Shown here: positions 39,968 to 49,855 of the stretch, in pieces
How positions within the stretch are numbered: position 1 is the first letter of the stretch
Layout of the letters: every line of letters begins with the position of its first letter
Assembly: GCA_963663895.2 (NCBI GenBank)
Contig: CAXXRD010000002.1
Span: 224,001-288,000 of the forward strand
From: Dehalococcoidia bacterium
GTDB lineage: Bacteria > Chloroflexota > Dehalococcoidia > Bin125
Direction: 5' to 3'
DNA: 64,000 nt
Made by a program: the position numbers and the translations under genes
Notes under the pieces: model-generated
What the model was told of the DNA's origin: nothing
Seen by the model: the letters and a program-made list of their open reading frames with translations, nothing else
The model's database searches: none

Positions 39968-42736
39968 GTGAATCGAGCTTGGATAGCTCTGAGCGTGCTG
40001 GTCGCCCTGACCACGGCGGTGTCGACCGCTGCGTGCGGTTCGGACGACCCTCCCGCCCCTCCCGATCCGCCCGCCACCGCCACCACGCCTGCGCCATCCC
40101 CAACGCCTACCCCCTCAGCGGCCCCGGCAGAACCTTCCAGCCCCACTGCAGTCGACCCCAGTGACGCTTATTTCGCCCTCGACAGGGTGCTGGAAGTCGT
40201 GATCGAGATAGAAACCGAGGACTGGGACACCCTGCGTCATCAGACGCGGACATTCGAGGACGTGCTGGCGGAGATCGAGCGATACAACCTCTCTCAACCG
40301 TTCGCGGGCATCTACGACTGGTTTCCGGCCGCGGTGACCGTGGACGGCGAAACGCACACCGAGGTGGGCGTCCGCAAGAAGGGGTTCCTCGGCTCCCAAA
40401 GCGATACCAAGCCTGCCCTCAAGCTGCGCTTCGACAAGTACGTGGACGGCCAGGTGCTGGGTGGCGTCATGGAGCGGATGACCCTCAACAACAGCATCCA
40501 GGACCCTTCCATGGTCAACACCTGCCTGGCCTATCAAGTCTTCGCCGCCGCCGGCTCGCCGTCGCCCCGCTGCAACTTCGCCACGGTCTCGGTGAACGGC
40601 AAGAACCTCGGCCTCTACGTTCACGTGGAGGAGATCAAGCCACCCTTCCTGGGACGCCATTTCGACAGCGCCGCCGGGAACCTGTACGAGGGAACGGTCA
40701 GCGACTTCACTCCCGCGTTTCGCGGCACCATCGAGAAGAAAACCAACGAAGACGCCGACGACTGGTCGGACATCGACGCCCTGGTCGCGGCTCTCCAAGA
40801 CCCTTCAGCAGCCGGGCTGGCAGCCCTGGCCGCCGTCGTTAACCTGGACCGCTTCCTCTCGTTCTGGGCGACGGAAGTGCTGGTGGGCCACTGGGACGGT
40901 TACGCCGGCGACCGCAACAACTACCACTTCTACCGGGAACCCGGCGGCCCCTTCGTGTTCATTCCGTGGGGAGTGGATGACACCTTCCACCTCAAGGACG
41001 ACCCCAACCCCTTCGACAACATCAGCGATCCGCCGCCGTCGGTGCTGGCGCTCTCGGCCATTCCCAACCGGCTCTACAACCACCCGGACTGGCGGGGGCA
41101 ATACGCCCACCGGCTGCAACACCTGCTGGATACCGTCTGGAACGAAGATGCGCTGCTGGCCAGCGTGGACGCAATGGCCGCCATCGTGCAGCAGCACGCC
41201 TTGCCCGATACGAGAGCGACACGGGCCGCCGACACGGAGCGGGTGCGCAAGTTCATCCTGAAGCGGAAGGGCGAGATCCTGGCGGACCTCACGCCGGAGC
41301 CGCCGGACTGGCCCGAGCCAGGCGGGGGTGCGCCGCCTCCCGGCGCGCTGGAAGTGGTCTTCGAATCCACCTGGGGAAGCAACCAGCGCGCCGATCCCTT
41401 TGCCGGGGGATCAGTGACCCGTCTTGTCGTGAACGACATGGAGGAATCCGTCGAGGGAGTGGCGGCGATCGTCGGCCCTGCGACACCGGCGGAGCAAGAG
41501 ATCCTGCCGGGTGTCGGCGATCTAGCGTCTCTCAGCATCTTCAGCGTCGACGCCGACGGCTCGGTCAATGGGATGACCATCGTGCTGCCCGTGGCCCAAC
41601 TGACGCCGGGCGCCACGCGGGTCATCGGCGAGGATGCGATTGGGGGCGGGGGCTGGACCATCCCGCCGGGGGCGGCCGCCCCGTCCAGCTTCCTCCCCTT
41701 CACCGCAGGAACGCTTGCGCTGACGGAAGCCGGGACAGAGGACGGCGCAACGGTCGCCGGCCGCTTCTCCGGCGTCTTTGGCGAGCCCGGGCCCGCAAGG
41801 ACCGCCGCAGCCCCAGCCACCTTTGATCCCGGCACTGTGAGCCTGCGTGTGGAGGCCACGTGGGGATCCATCCGCAGCGCCGATCCCGTCAACGAAGGGG
41901 CTGTGCTCTCTCTCCTGCTGAACGGAACGGAGCGATCCCCCAGCGACTATGGCGTCATTGCCGGGATCGCCCGTCCCGATGAACGGAGCCTGTTGCCGGA
42001 TGTTGACGAGGTGGCGGCGCTGATCGTCATGACGATTGGGCCGGATGCCGTGCAGGGATTTACCGTGGTGTTTCCCGTGTCCGCAGTCGCCAGCGGAGCC
42101 ACGCTGACCGTCGGCGAGGACGCCATCGCCGGCGGGCGCTGGCGCGTTGCCATCGCGACCGGTGCGCTGGAACAGTTCTCCCCCTTCACTGCGGGAACGC
42201 TGGAGTTGACCAAAGCGGGAACGGAGCCCGGCGCGGCCATTGTCGCAAGCTTTTCCGGGGCCTTCGGAGGAATGGCGTCTCCCGCGGATGGCGACACCGC
42301 GGCGGCGGCGGCGCCTTCCCCCACGGCTTCCGGGAACGTCGGCTTGGTGATCAACGAGGTGGCCGCCAAGGGCGACCCGCTGGACTGGTTCGAGCTATAC
42401 AACGCCACGGATTCCCATATCGCCCTCGCCAACTTGGTCGTCGCCGACGACCTGACGGACCCCGGCAAGCGCGTCGCCTTCCCGGCAGACCAGGTCATTG
42501 CCCCGGGTGCGTACCTGCAAGTGGAACTGGACAAGGCCGGCTGGCCTGGCTTTGCGCTGGGCGGAGACGAAGAGTTGGGCATCTGGACGGCCGACGGGAT
42601 CCTGGTCGCCCGCGTGGATTGGGCCGAAGGACAGGCCGACGCGGGCGAGAGTTTCGCCCGCGTTCCGGACGTTACCGGGGAGTTCCAAACGGTCGGCACC
42701 CCCACTCCGGGCACGGCAAATCAGCCCGGCAACTGA
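39968..42736 (+). CDS. CotH kinase family lipoprotein with two internal repeats and a C-terminal lamin-tail domain
   Basis: AAC lipobox, VGVRKKG, GLYVHVE, WDGY...NNY.FY..IPWG.D; LVINEV...DWFELYN lamin-tail motif. Confidence 0.85.
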   Translation: MNRAWIALSVLVALTTAVSTAACGSDDPPAPPDPPATATTPAPSPTPTPSAAPAEPSSPTAVDPSDAYFALDRVLEVVIEIETEDWDTLRHQTRTFEDVLAEIERYNLSQPFAGIYDWFPAAVTVDGETHTEVGVRKKGFLGSQSDTKPALKLRFDKYVDGQVLGGVMERMTLNNSIQDPSMVNTCLAYQVFAAAGSPSPRCNFATVSVNGKNLGLYVHVEEIKPPFLGRHFDSAAGNLYEGTVSDFTPAFRGTIEKKTNEDADDWSDIDALVAALQDPSAAGLAALAAVVNLDRFLSFWATEVLVGHWDGYAGDRNNYHFYREPGGPFVFIPWGVDDTFHLKDDPNPFDNISDPPPSVLALSAIPNRLYNHPDWRGQYAHRLQHLLDTVWNEDALLASVDAMAAIVQQHALPDTRATRAADTERVRKFILKRKGEILADLTPEPPDWPEPGGGAPPPGALEVVFESTWGSNQRADPFAGGSVTRLVVNDMEESVEGVAAIVGPATPAEQEILPGVGDLASLSIFSVDADGSVNGMTIVLPVAQLTPGATRVIGEDAIGGGGWTIPPGAAAPSSFLPFTAGTLALTEAGTEDGATVAGRFSGVFGEPGPARTAAAPATFDPGTVSLRVEATWGSIRSADPVNEGAVLSLLLNGTERSPSDYGVIAGIARPDERSLLPDVDEVAALIVMTIGPDAVQGFTVVFPVSAVASGATLTVGEDAIAGGRWRVAIATGALEQFSPFTAGTLELTKAGTEPGAAIVASFSGAFGGMASPADGDTAAAAAPSPTASGNVGLVINEVAAKGDPLDWFELYNATDSHIALANLVVADDLTDPGKRVAFPADQVIAPGAYLQVELDKAGWPGFALGGDEELGIWTADGILVARVDWAEGQADAGESFARVPDVTGEFQTVGTPTPGTANQPGN

Positions 42737-42777
42737 GCCAGGAAATACCAGTTGGCGGGCAGCGCGTCTGGATGTCC

Positions 42778-42810
42778 CTTCCCAAGCAGAGGGTCGCGGG
42801 TTCGACCCCC
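42778..42810 (+). repeat. att-like copy 2 of tRNA-Gly 3' half
   Basis: 33 bp identical to 4542-4574, then decays. Confidence 0.9.
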
Positions 42811-42813
42811 CTC

Positions 42814-45003
42814 TCACTCAACCCCGCTGACCAGGTGCCGGTACAGGTCGAGCGCCAAACGAGGGTCCTCCTGTTCCAGTCTGTCGAGAGAGACGGGCGT
42901 GAGGAGCAGCGCCCGGCTCGGCTCCATCGCCTCTACCGCGAGATTGGGAGATCCGGCAGCCGGCAGTCCGAAGATGTCCCCGATGCCCCGTTCCTCGAGC
43001 CGGACGCCGGCTGCTCCCTTGCGGAAGGCCAGGCGCCCCTCGACCAGAAGCAGTATGCCCTCCTGGCGCTGGTCTTCCCGGGTCACGGTCTCTCCCTCCG
43101 CATAGCGCCGGGCATCCGTGTAGGGGGCCAGGCGCTCGACGAGGTCTTCAAAGGCCGTCTGCACGTCAAGCCGGTGCAGGATCTCTGCCAAGGATCGCTC
43201 GGAGATGGCGCCGGCGGCGTCCTCGTCACCACCGCGAATACGCTCCCACTCGGCGAGCAGGATCTCCTCGCACCGCTCCAGCCCGCCGTCGAAGTCCTCT
43301 TCGAAGTGGAGACGCGTCCTGTCCGCCTCAGGAACAACATCCAGCAGTGTCGCCCTGAAGCCCGCCGGCATGGCGCTGACGACCACGGCAGTGTCCCGGG
43401 GATGCGCCGCCCGGAGGAAGCTGTGCAGCGCGGCGGCGGCGGAGACATCAAAGCCGCTCACGGCCGTGAAGTCGAGGAGGACACATCTCGGCGGCGGCTC
43501 TGCTTTCAGCGCGCTCTTGAGCCGTTGGACGAGGGGGAAGGCGCTGCCGAAGAAAAGGAAGCCGTGCAGCTGGTAGCTCTGCATTCGGTCGCCAAGCTCC
43601 CGCAGGATGACCAGGTGCGGCGTCGGCCGGTTCCTCGTGCTCTGCTCGTGCTGGCCCCGTCCCGCGACCGCGTCCCTGACCGGATCCATCCGGCTCAGAC
43701 GGACGATGAACAGGACCATGGCGGCAATCAGCCCCGCCCCCAGCCCTTCCACGAAACCCCGGGCGGCGACCACGGCCAACACCAAGATGACGATGCCCCA
43801 GTCCACGAGAGGCAGTCTCCTGTTGATCCTCAGAGCCCAGCTGTTCAGCAAGTCGATCCCCAGGTAGAACACGACCCCTCCCAGCAGCGGCAGGGGAATC
43901 AGCCGGATGATTCCGGTCCCGTAGAACAGGACGGCGAGGACGACGAGCATGGCCACGATGCCGGTCAGCCGCGTATTGGCCCCCGAGGCATGGCTGGCCG
44001 CAGAGAGAGACACCACGTAGTGCCCCGGAGCGCTGCCCGCCAGGCCTACCGCCCCGTTAACGACTCCAGCGACGCTGAACTCCCGGTTCATGTCCAGTTC
44101 GACGCCCGTGCTTGCCTCCACTCCGCTCGTGTTGGTCAGGGTCGAGAGCAGGGTCACGACCACCACGATCGCCATGGCCGGAACTTGCGTGGCGACGGTT
44201 CCCCAGTCGACCCGGTCGAGACTCCCCAGGTAGGTGATGGGCCACTGGCTGCCGGAGACCCCTTCCGCGAACAGGATGCCGAGCGCTTCCGCCCCGTCCA
44301 ACGAGATCCCGGCGGAGGCCATGACCACGTGATAGAGAGCGGTGCAGACCACGATCGATAAGGGCAGGATGAGGAAATGGGACCATCGCCGAAGGACGAG
44401 GAACACGGCCACGCCAAAGGCCACGCCGGGGCCCCAATTCAGGACTAGGTCCAGACCGAAGAACTCCGGCAGCGCTCCCCAGCTCAACCGGATCCCGGCC
44501 ATCGTTTCGAGGCCGCTCACCGCGAGCACCCAGCCGATGCCGGCCAGGAAGCCGGCCACCACGGGGTAGGGGAGGAAGCGCAGATAGTTGGCTAAGCGAA
44601 AGCGTCCCGCGATCAGCAACGCTGCGCCCGCGGCAAGGGACGTGATGCCCATGATCGTCGCCATGGTCGTGAACTGCACGTCGCTGCTTTCGCCGGCCAG
44701 GGCGGCGCCGACGGAGACGCCGATCGCCGCCAATGCCGCCAGCGCCAGGGGAAACGGTGCGGCGATGGCCCCCCTGAAGTCGCTGGTCAGGGCGCTCACC
44801 AAGGTCATGACGAGGCTGCCGACGAGCAGCAGCACGGCGCCCTGCAAAGCCAGGGACGCCAGCGGGCCCGAGAACACGACCAGTGCAAAGGACGACATGG
44901 GAACGACGAGGAGGATGCCCAGCAGCGGACCGACGGTCAGCGCCGCCGGCAGCTTGGACGATCCGGCGTCGGCTTTCAGCTCGGAAAGAAGCGAGCGGAG
45001 CAT
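42814..45003 (-). CDS. SulP family anion transporter with STAS and cNMP-binding domains
   Basis: RFLPYPVVAGFLAGIG, GFLFFGSA..LLDFTAVSGFD.SA STAS, C-terminal cNMP-like domain; start uncertain. Confidence 0.88.
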   Translation of the reverse strand: MLRSLLSELKADAGSSKLPAALTVGPLLGILLVVPMSSFALVVFSGPLASLALQGAVLLLVGSLVMTLVSALTSDFRGAIAAPFPLALAALAAIGVSVGAALAGESSDVQFTTMATIMGITSLAAGAALLIAGRFRLANYLRFLPYPVVAGFLAGIGWVLAVSGLETMAGIRLSWGALPEFFGLDLVLNWGPGVAFGVAVFLVLRRWSHFLILPLSIVVCTALYHVVMASAGISLDGAEALGILFAEGVSGSQWPITYLGSLDRVDWGTVATQVPAMAIVVVVTLLSTLTNTSGVEASTGVELDMNREFSVAGVVNGAVGLAGSAPGHYVVSLSAASHASGANTRLTGIVAMLVVLAVLFYGTGIIRLIPLPLLGGVVFYLGIDLLNSWALRINRRLPLVDWGIVILVLAVVAARGFVEGLGAGLIAAMVLFIVRLSRMDPVRDAVAGRGQHEQSTRNRPTPHLVILRELGDRMQSYQLHGFLFFGSAFPLVQRLKSALKAEPPPRCVLLDFTAVSGFDVSAAAALHSFLRAAHPRDTAVVVSAMPAGFRATLLDVVPEADRTRLHFEEDFDGGLERCEEILLAEWERIRGGDEDAAGAISERSLAEILHRLDVQTAFEDLVERLAPYTDARRYAEGETVTREDQRQEGILLLVEGRLAFRKGAAGVRLEERGIGDIFGLPAAGSPNLAVEAMEPSRALLLTPVSLDRLEQEDPRLALDLYRHLVSGVE

Positions 45004-45224
45004 CCCGAGGTTCCTAGGAACCGAAACGCCGGTGCGTCCCCGGTTCCAGAGCATCGCCGTCAGGCAGGGCATTGACGGCGGCGTGAGTGGCGTTTCCGTC
45101 AGCGTCGAGGGCGCGAGGTCGGTCGCCTCTTAGTAGCCAAGCAATTGGATCGCGCATTCCCGACACTCCACGGGTTCAGCAGTCTATGGGAGCGTGTCTT
45201 CTCCATGACAGGGCGGCAAAATCC

Positions 45225-45250
45225 GGTGGAGCTGAGGGGACTCGAACCCC
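45225..45250 (-). repeat. Orphan 3'-end fragment of a tRNA-Ala-like gene (att scar)
   Basis: Minus strand GGGGTTCGAGTCCCCTCAGCTCCACC = T-arm plus acceptor 3' strand. Confidence 0.65.
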
Positions 45251-45362
45251 AGGCGCCTGGGCTGCCCCGAACAGCGCTCCGCGCATCGGCCGATGTCTCC
45301 CAGCACCCCCGTGCACCCGGGCCGATCGGGGCTTGGCTTGCGCTGCGGGGAAGGGCCTCAGC

Positions 45363-45953
45363 TCAGCGGCGCGGCCGTGGCGGAGCCGGGGGACCGGGGT
45401 CGGCAACGGTGTAGCCCAGCGACCGCAGGTCCGCGGTGATGCGGGCGGCCAGGGCGCGGGCGTAGCGCTCGGCGTCGCTCCCTTGGAAGCCCTGCCACAG
45501 GTAGAAGACGTTGCCGCCCGAGCCGCCGAAGCGCTCCGGGTCCCAGGGCGCGATGCGGACCGACCATTGCGGGGCGATGGGGACCCCGTCCTCGCGGGTG
45601 TAGGCGGCCCGGTCCTCGCGCACGTAGACGCGCAGGCAGGCCGGGCCCTCAACATCCACGAAGATCGGGAAGGGGGTCCGTCCGCAGAGCCCGTCGCGGA
45701 AGCGCCGGGCCGTCTCGTGGACCGTGAAGTCGACCGCGGCGCTGCGGCCGTCGATCGCGTTGGCGTAGGAGACCCGCCAGGTGAGGCAGTCGGCGTCGGC
45801 GAGCGAGGGCGCGCCGTCGTTGGAAGCGCCGCCGTCGTTGGAAGCGCCGCCGTCGTTGGAAGCGCCGCCGTCGTTGGCGGCAAGGGTCGCCGTCGAGGCG
45901 GCGACGGCCAAGAGGGCGGCCAGGAGAACGATGACGGCCTTGCAGCGGATCAT
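45363..45953 (-). CDS. Hypothetical secreted protein with NDGGAS tandem repeat
   Basis: Signal peptide; GC3-rich frame. Confidence 0.65.
   Translation of the reverse strand: MIRCKAVIVLLAALLAVAASTATLAANDGGASNDGGASNDGGASNDGAPSLADADCLTWRVSYANAIDGRSAAVDFTVHETARRFRDGLCGRTPFPIFVDVEGPACLRVYVREDRAAYTREDGVPIAPQWSVRIAPWDPERFGGSGGNVFYLWQGFQGSDAERYARALAARITADLRSLGYTVADPGPPAPPRPRR
45813..45877. repeat. 18-bp tandem repeat (GCCGTCGTTGGAAGCGCC) x ~3.6
   Basis: Directly visible perfect units. Confidence 0.9.
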
Positions 45954-46398
45954 GGCGGCCAGGCCTCGCGGAAAACGACCGCCCCCGCAGGTTCATGCGC
46001 GGCGGGGAGCCGTGCGCTTCCCGCTGAATCTTCGGCGCGACGCGTCTCTCATCGCTTTGGCCGGACCGCCAGGCGAGACCATCGTCCGAAGCGTATTCGC
46101 CGGAAAGATAGGACAATCGCGCGCCCGCCAAGCCGCACACAAAAGGGCAGGGAGACGCGGATCGAGCCGCCGACCGTCTGGCCGCGCGGCGCCTCCACCC
46201 AGAGGAGGTAGCCAGCCTCAATGACAAAGTCCTCCCGGCTTTGGGCGGGCGCGGAGGTGCGGTCCCAAGCCCGCAGGGCCCGGTTGCAATTCAAGATGAG
46301 CAGCACGTCCATGCCCCCGAAGAGGCGGGGCACGGTCACGCCGGGCCGCACGTACCAGCCTCGCATGTGCGCCCAACCCCGCTACGATGCCGGCAGCG

Positions 46399-47379
46399 AT
46401 GAAGATCGACGTCCACGCGCACGTCCTGAGCGAGTCGTACCTTGACCGTGTGGTTCGCGAGGGGGCTTTCGGCTTCCAGCGCGGCGAGGACGGCGCCGCG
46501 CTGATGCCCGACTACGGGCCGCTCGACCCCGGCGTCTATCGCCACGAGGAGCGACTGACGCGGCTAGTCGAGACGGGGATCGACCTGCAGCTCGTCGGGC
46601 CGCTGATCAACTTCGTCGCCTGGCCCGGTGGAGCCGCCGGGGTGGAGCAGGGGCGTGCGCTCAACCAGAGCACAGCCGAGTGCGTCGCAGGGTCGGGAGG
46701 GCGCTTCGCGGGATTGGCGGCGCTGGCGCTGGGCGAGCCGGATCAAGCCGTCGCGGAGCTGGGGCGGGCGGTGGAGGAGCACGGCTTCGTGGGCGCGGTG
46801 ACCGGCACCTACGCGGGAGATCGCCCGCTCGATCATGCGTCGCTGGAGCCGCTGTGGGCGGAGATCGAGGCGCGCGAGCTGCTGCTGTTCATGCATCCCA
46901 GCAGCGCCGAGCCGACTCCGCTCTGGGATGAGTACACGCTGGCGGTGGCGCTGGCCTGGCCAAACGAGACGGCGCGCGCCGTGTCGCGGCTGATCTTCGC
47001 GGGGACGCTGGAGCGCCACCCAGCCCTGCGTCTGGTCCTGGCGCACGGCGGCGGCACGCTGCCGTTTCTGCGGGGCCGGCTCAACCTGGCCTACGCGGCG
47101 CCGACCTACGAATACAACCCGGACTGCCACGCCCAGATCTCGAAACCGCCCGCCGATTACTTCGACCAGCTGCTGTTCGACACGGCCGTGGGCGCCGCCG
47201 AGAGCCTGCACTTTCTGATCGAGAGCGTGGGCGCGGAGCGGGTGGTGCTAGGCACCGACGACCCGTTCGAGATCGCCGACACCGGCGGGCGCGTGGCCTT
47301 CCCCGCGTTGCAGGAACGCCCGGCCAGGGAACGGGAGCGGATCCTGGGCGGCACCCTGGCGGGGCTGCTCGGGCTGTAG
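46399..47379 (+). CDS. Amidohydrolase_2 family protein (ACMSD-like decarboxylase/hydratase)
   Basis: IDVHAH, FMHP, LAHGGGTLPFL.GR, LGTDDPF. Confidence 0.9.
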   Translation: MKIDVHAHVLSESYLDRVVREGAFGFQRGEDGAALMPDYGPLDPGVYRHEERLTRLVETGIDLQLVGPLINFVAWPGGAAGVEQGRALNQSTAECVAGSGGRFAGLAALALGEPDQAVAELGRAVEEHGFVGAVTGTYAGDRPLDHASLEPLWAEIEARELLLFMHPSSAEPTPLWDEYTLAVALAWPNETARAVSRLIFAGTLERHPALRLVLAHGGGTLPFLRGRLNLAYAAPTYEYNPDCHAQISKPPADYFDQLLFDTAVGAAESLHFLIESVGAERVVLGTDDPFEIADTGGRVAFPALQERPARERERILGGTLAGLLGL

Positions 47380-47404
47380 ACGGCCGCCGCGCGTGCGGCC
47401 TTCC

Positions 47405-49831
47405 CTAGGCGCCGGGCTGCAGGAGGCGCCAGAGCTTCTCGGAACCGAGCGTCATGTCGATGTGGCGCACGCCCAGATCGCTGAGGGCGTCGACGGCGGC
47501 GTTGACGATGCAAGGCGCCGAGCCGATCGTGCCGGCTTCGCCGATGCCCTTGGCGCCCAGCGGGTTGAGCGGCGTGGGCGTCACGGTGCTGCCCAGCTCG
47601 AAGGTCGGGAAGTCGGTCGTACGCGGCAGGGCGTAGTCCAGCAGGGAGCCGTTCAGGGGCTGGCCGTTCTCGTCGTACACCATCTCCTCGTAGAGAGCGG
47701 TGCCGATCCCCTGCGCCAGCCCTCCGTGGATCTGCCCCTCGACGATGAGCGGGTTGACCACGGTGCCGCAGTCGTCGACGCCCACGAAGCGGCGGATGAT
47801 GAGCAGGCCGGTGGCGGGGTCGACCTCGACCAGTGCGATGTAGCAGCCGAAGGGGTAGGTGGATCCGGCCGGCTCCCAGAAGGCTTCATCGCTCAGACCC
47901 GGCTCCAGGCCGGAGGGGAGCGAGGCGGGCGCGTAGGCGTAGCGCGCCACCTCGGCCAGGGACAGTCCGCTCTCGGTGGCGCCCGCCACGCTGATCGCGC
48001 CGTCCGCGAACACCAGATCGTCCGCCTTGGCCTCCAGGAGCTGGGCGGCGAAGCGCGCCATGCGCGCCTTGACCTTGCCGGCTGCCAGCAGGAGGGCGGT
48101 GCCGCCGACCGCCTGGGAGCGGCTGCCGAAGGTGCCGATGCCTTGCTTGACGATGGCCGTATCGCCGTGCTGGATCGTGATCGCTTCGAGCGGCGCGCCG
48201 AATTCGTCGGCCAGGAGCTGGGCGAAGGTGGTCTCGTGGCCCTGCCCATGGGAGGACGCCCCAGTGGTCGCCGTGATGACGCCGTCCCGCTCGACCGTGA
48301 CGCCGGCATGCTCCCAGCCACCGAACGAGACTTCCGAGGAGGGGCCGATGCCGCAGACCTCCACGTAGAAGGCCAGCCCCAGGCCGAGGCGGCGGCCCGC
48401 GGCGCGGGCCGCGTCGCGCTGGGCGCGGAGGCCGTCCCAGTCCGCCAGGTCGAGCGCGTGGTCCAGCAGGCGGCCGTACTCGCCGGAGTCGTAGGTCGCC
48501 CCCGCCTGGGTGCGAACCGGGAAACGCTCGGGCGCGATGAAGTTCCTGCGCCGCAGCTCGGCCGGGTCGATCGCGAGCTCGCGCGCCAGCATGTCCATGG
48601 CCCGCTCGACGAAGTAGATCCCCTCCGGCCGTCCGGCGCCGCGATAGGGATCGGTGGGCGTCTTGTTGGTGAAGGCCTCGTACAAGTCGGCGCGGATGGC
48701 GGGGATGTCGTAGACGCCGCTCAGCATGCCCTGGGTGAGGGTCGGCACCACGACCGTGAAGAGCCCCTGGTAGGCGCCGATGTCCGCGATCAGGCGCAGC
48801 TTGATCCCCAGCAGGGCGCCGTCGCGCTTGGCCGCGAGGTCGACGTAGCCGATCACGCCGCGGCCGTGGGCGGTCGCCAGGAAGGCCTCCGAGCGCTCCT
48901 CGATCCACTTGACGGGGCGGCCCAGCCGCTGCGCGACGGCGGCGGCGGCGTAACCCTCGGCGTAGGGGTTGGTCTTGGCGCCGAAGCCGCCCCCGACTTC
49001 GGGCGCGATCACGCGGATCTGGTTCTCGCCCAGGCCGAGCGCCTGCGCCATCAGGGTGCGCACGACGTGGGCGCTCTGGGTGGAGATCCAGAGCGTGAGG
49101 AAGTCCTTGCCCGTGTCATAGTGGGCGACGACGCCGCGCGGCTCGATCGGCGAGGGGGCGACGCGGGGGCTGACCATCCGCTGGGAGATGACGACCTCCG
49201 CCCGCGCGAAGGCGTCGTCGATGGCGCCGTTATCGACTGTCCCGGCCTCGGCGTCGACGCCGGTGCCGCTGGACACGACGGGGATGGCGAGGTTGTCGGG
49301 GTAGCCGTCGTGGATCAGCGCGGGCTGGCCCGTGAGGGCGTGCTCGGGGTCGACCACGGCCGACAGCTCTTCCACCTCGACGTCGATCGCGTCGACCGCG
49401 TCTCGGGCGATGTAGCGGTCGCGGGCGACGACGACCGCCAGCGGCTCGCCCACGTAGCGCACCTTGTCCCGCGCGAGCGGAAAGAAGTCCGGCGCGGGAT
49501 AGGGGGTGAGGACGGGCATCGACGGGAGGTCGCGGAGGTCGCCGGCGGTGAACACCGCCACCACGCCGGGCAGGGCGGCCGCCGCAGTGGCGTCGATGGC
49601 GACGATGCGGCCGTGCGCGATATCGCTGCGGCGGAAGCCGAGGTGCAGGAGACCGGGCAGCTGAACGTCGTCGACGTAGGTGCCGCCGCCTTGGATCAGC
49701 CGCTCATCTTCCTTGCGGCGGATGCTCTGCCCAACGAATTGGGGCGATCGGGGGGCTGCGGGCAAGGAGTCGCTCCCCTCGCTGGGGCGGGCTCGCGTCG
49801 CGCGGAGTCCACGGTGAGCGGAGCCCAGCAC
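47405..49831 (-). CDS. Xanthine dehydrogenase-family molybdoprotein large subunit (form II CoxL-like)
   Basis: RKEDERLI.G.GTYVDD, VGGGFGAK, PYRGAGR active-site loop, NPLGAKGIGEAG; start uncertain. Confidence 0.9.
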   Translation of the reverse strand: MLGSAHRGLRATRARPSEGSDSLPAAPRSPQFVGQSIRRKEDERLIQGGGTYVDDVQLPGLLHLGFRRSDIAHGRIVAIDATAAAALPGVVAVFTAGDLRDLPSMPVLTPYPAPDFFPLARDKVRYVGEPLAVVVARDRYIARDAVDAIDVEVEELSAVVDPEHALTGQPALIHDGYPDNLAIPVVSSGTGVDAEAGTVDNGAIDDAFARAEVVISQRMVSPRVAPSPIEPRGVVAHYDTGKDFLTLWISTQSAHVVRTLMAQALGLGENQIRVIAPEVGGGFGAKTNPYAEGYAAAAVAQRLGRPVKWIEERSEAFLATAHGRGVIGYVDLAAKRDGALLGIKLRLIADIGAYQGLFTVVVPTLTQGMLSGVYDIPAIRADLYEAFTNKTPTDPYRGAGRPEGIYFVERAMDMLARELAIDPAELRRRNFIAPERFPVRTQAGATYDSGEYGRLLDHALDLADWDGLRAQRDAARAAGRRLGLGLAFYVEVCGIGPSSEVSFGGWEHAGVTVERDGVITATTGASSHGQGHETTFAQLLADEFGAPLEAITIQHGDTAIVKQGIGTFGSRSQAVGGTALLLAAGKVKARMARFAAQLLEAKADDLVFADGAISVAGATESGLSLAEVARYAYAPASLPSGLEPGLSDEAFWEPAGSTYPFGCYIALVEVDPATGLLIIRRFVGVDDCGTVVNPLIVEGQIHGGLAQGIGTALYEEMVYDENGQPLNGSLLDYALPRTTDFPTFELGSTVTPTPLNPLGAKGIGEAGTIGSAPCIVNAAVDALSDLGVRHIDMTLGSEKLWRLLQPGA

Positions 49832-49855
49832 GGCCCCGGGAGGGGACCGTGCGCC

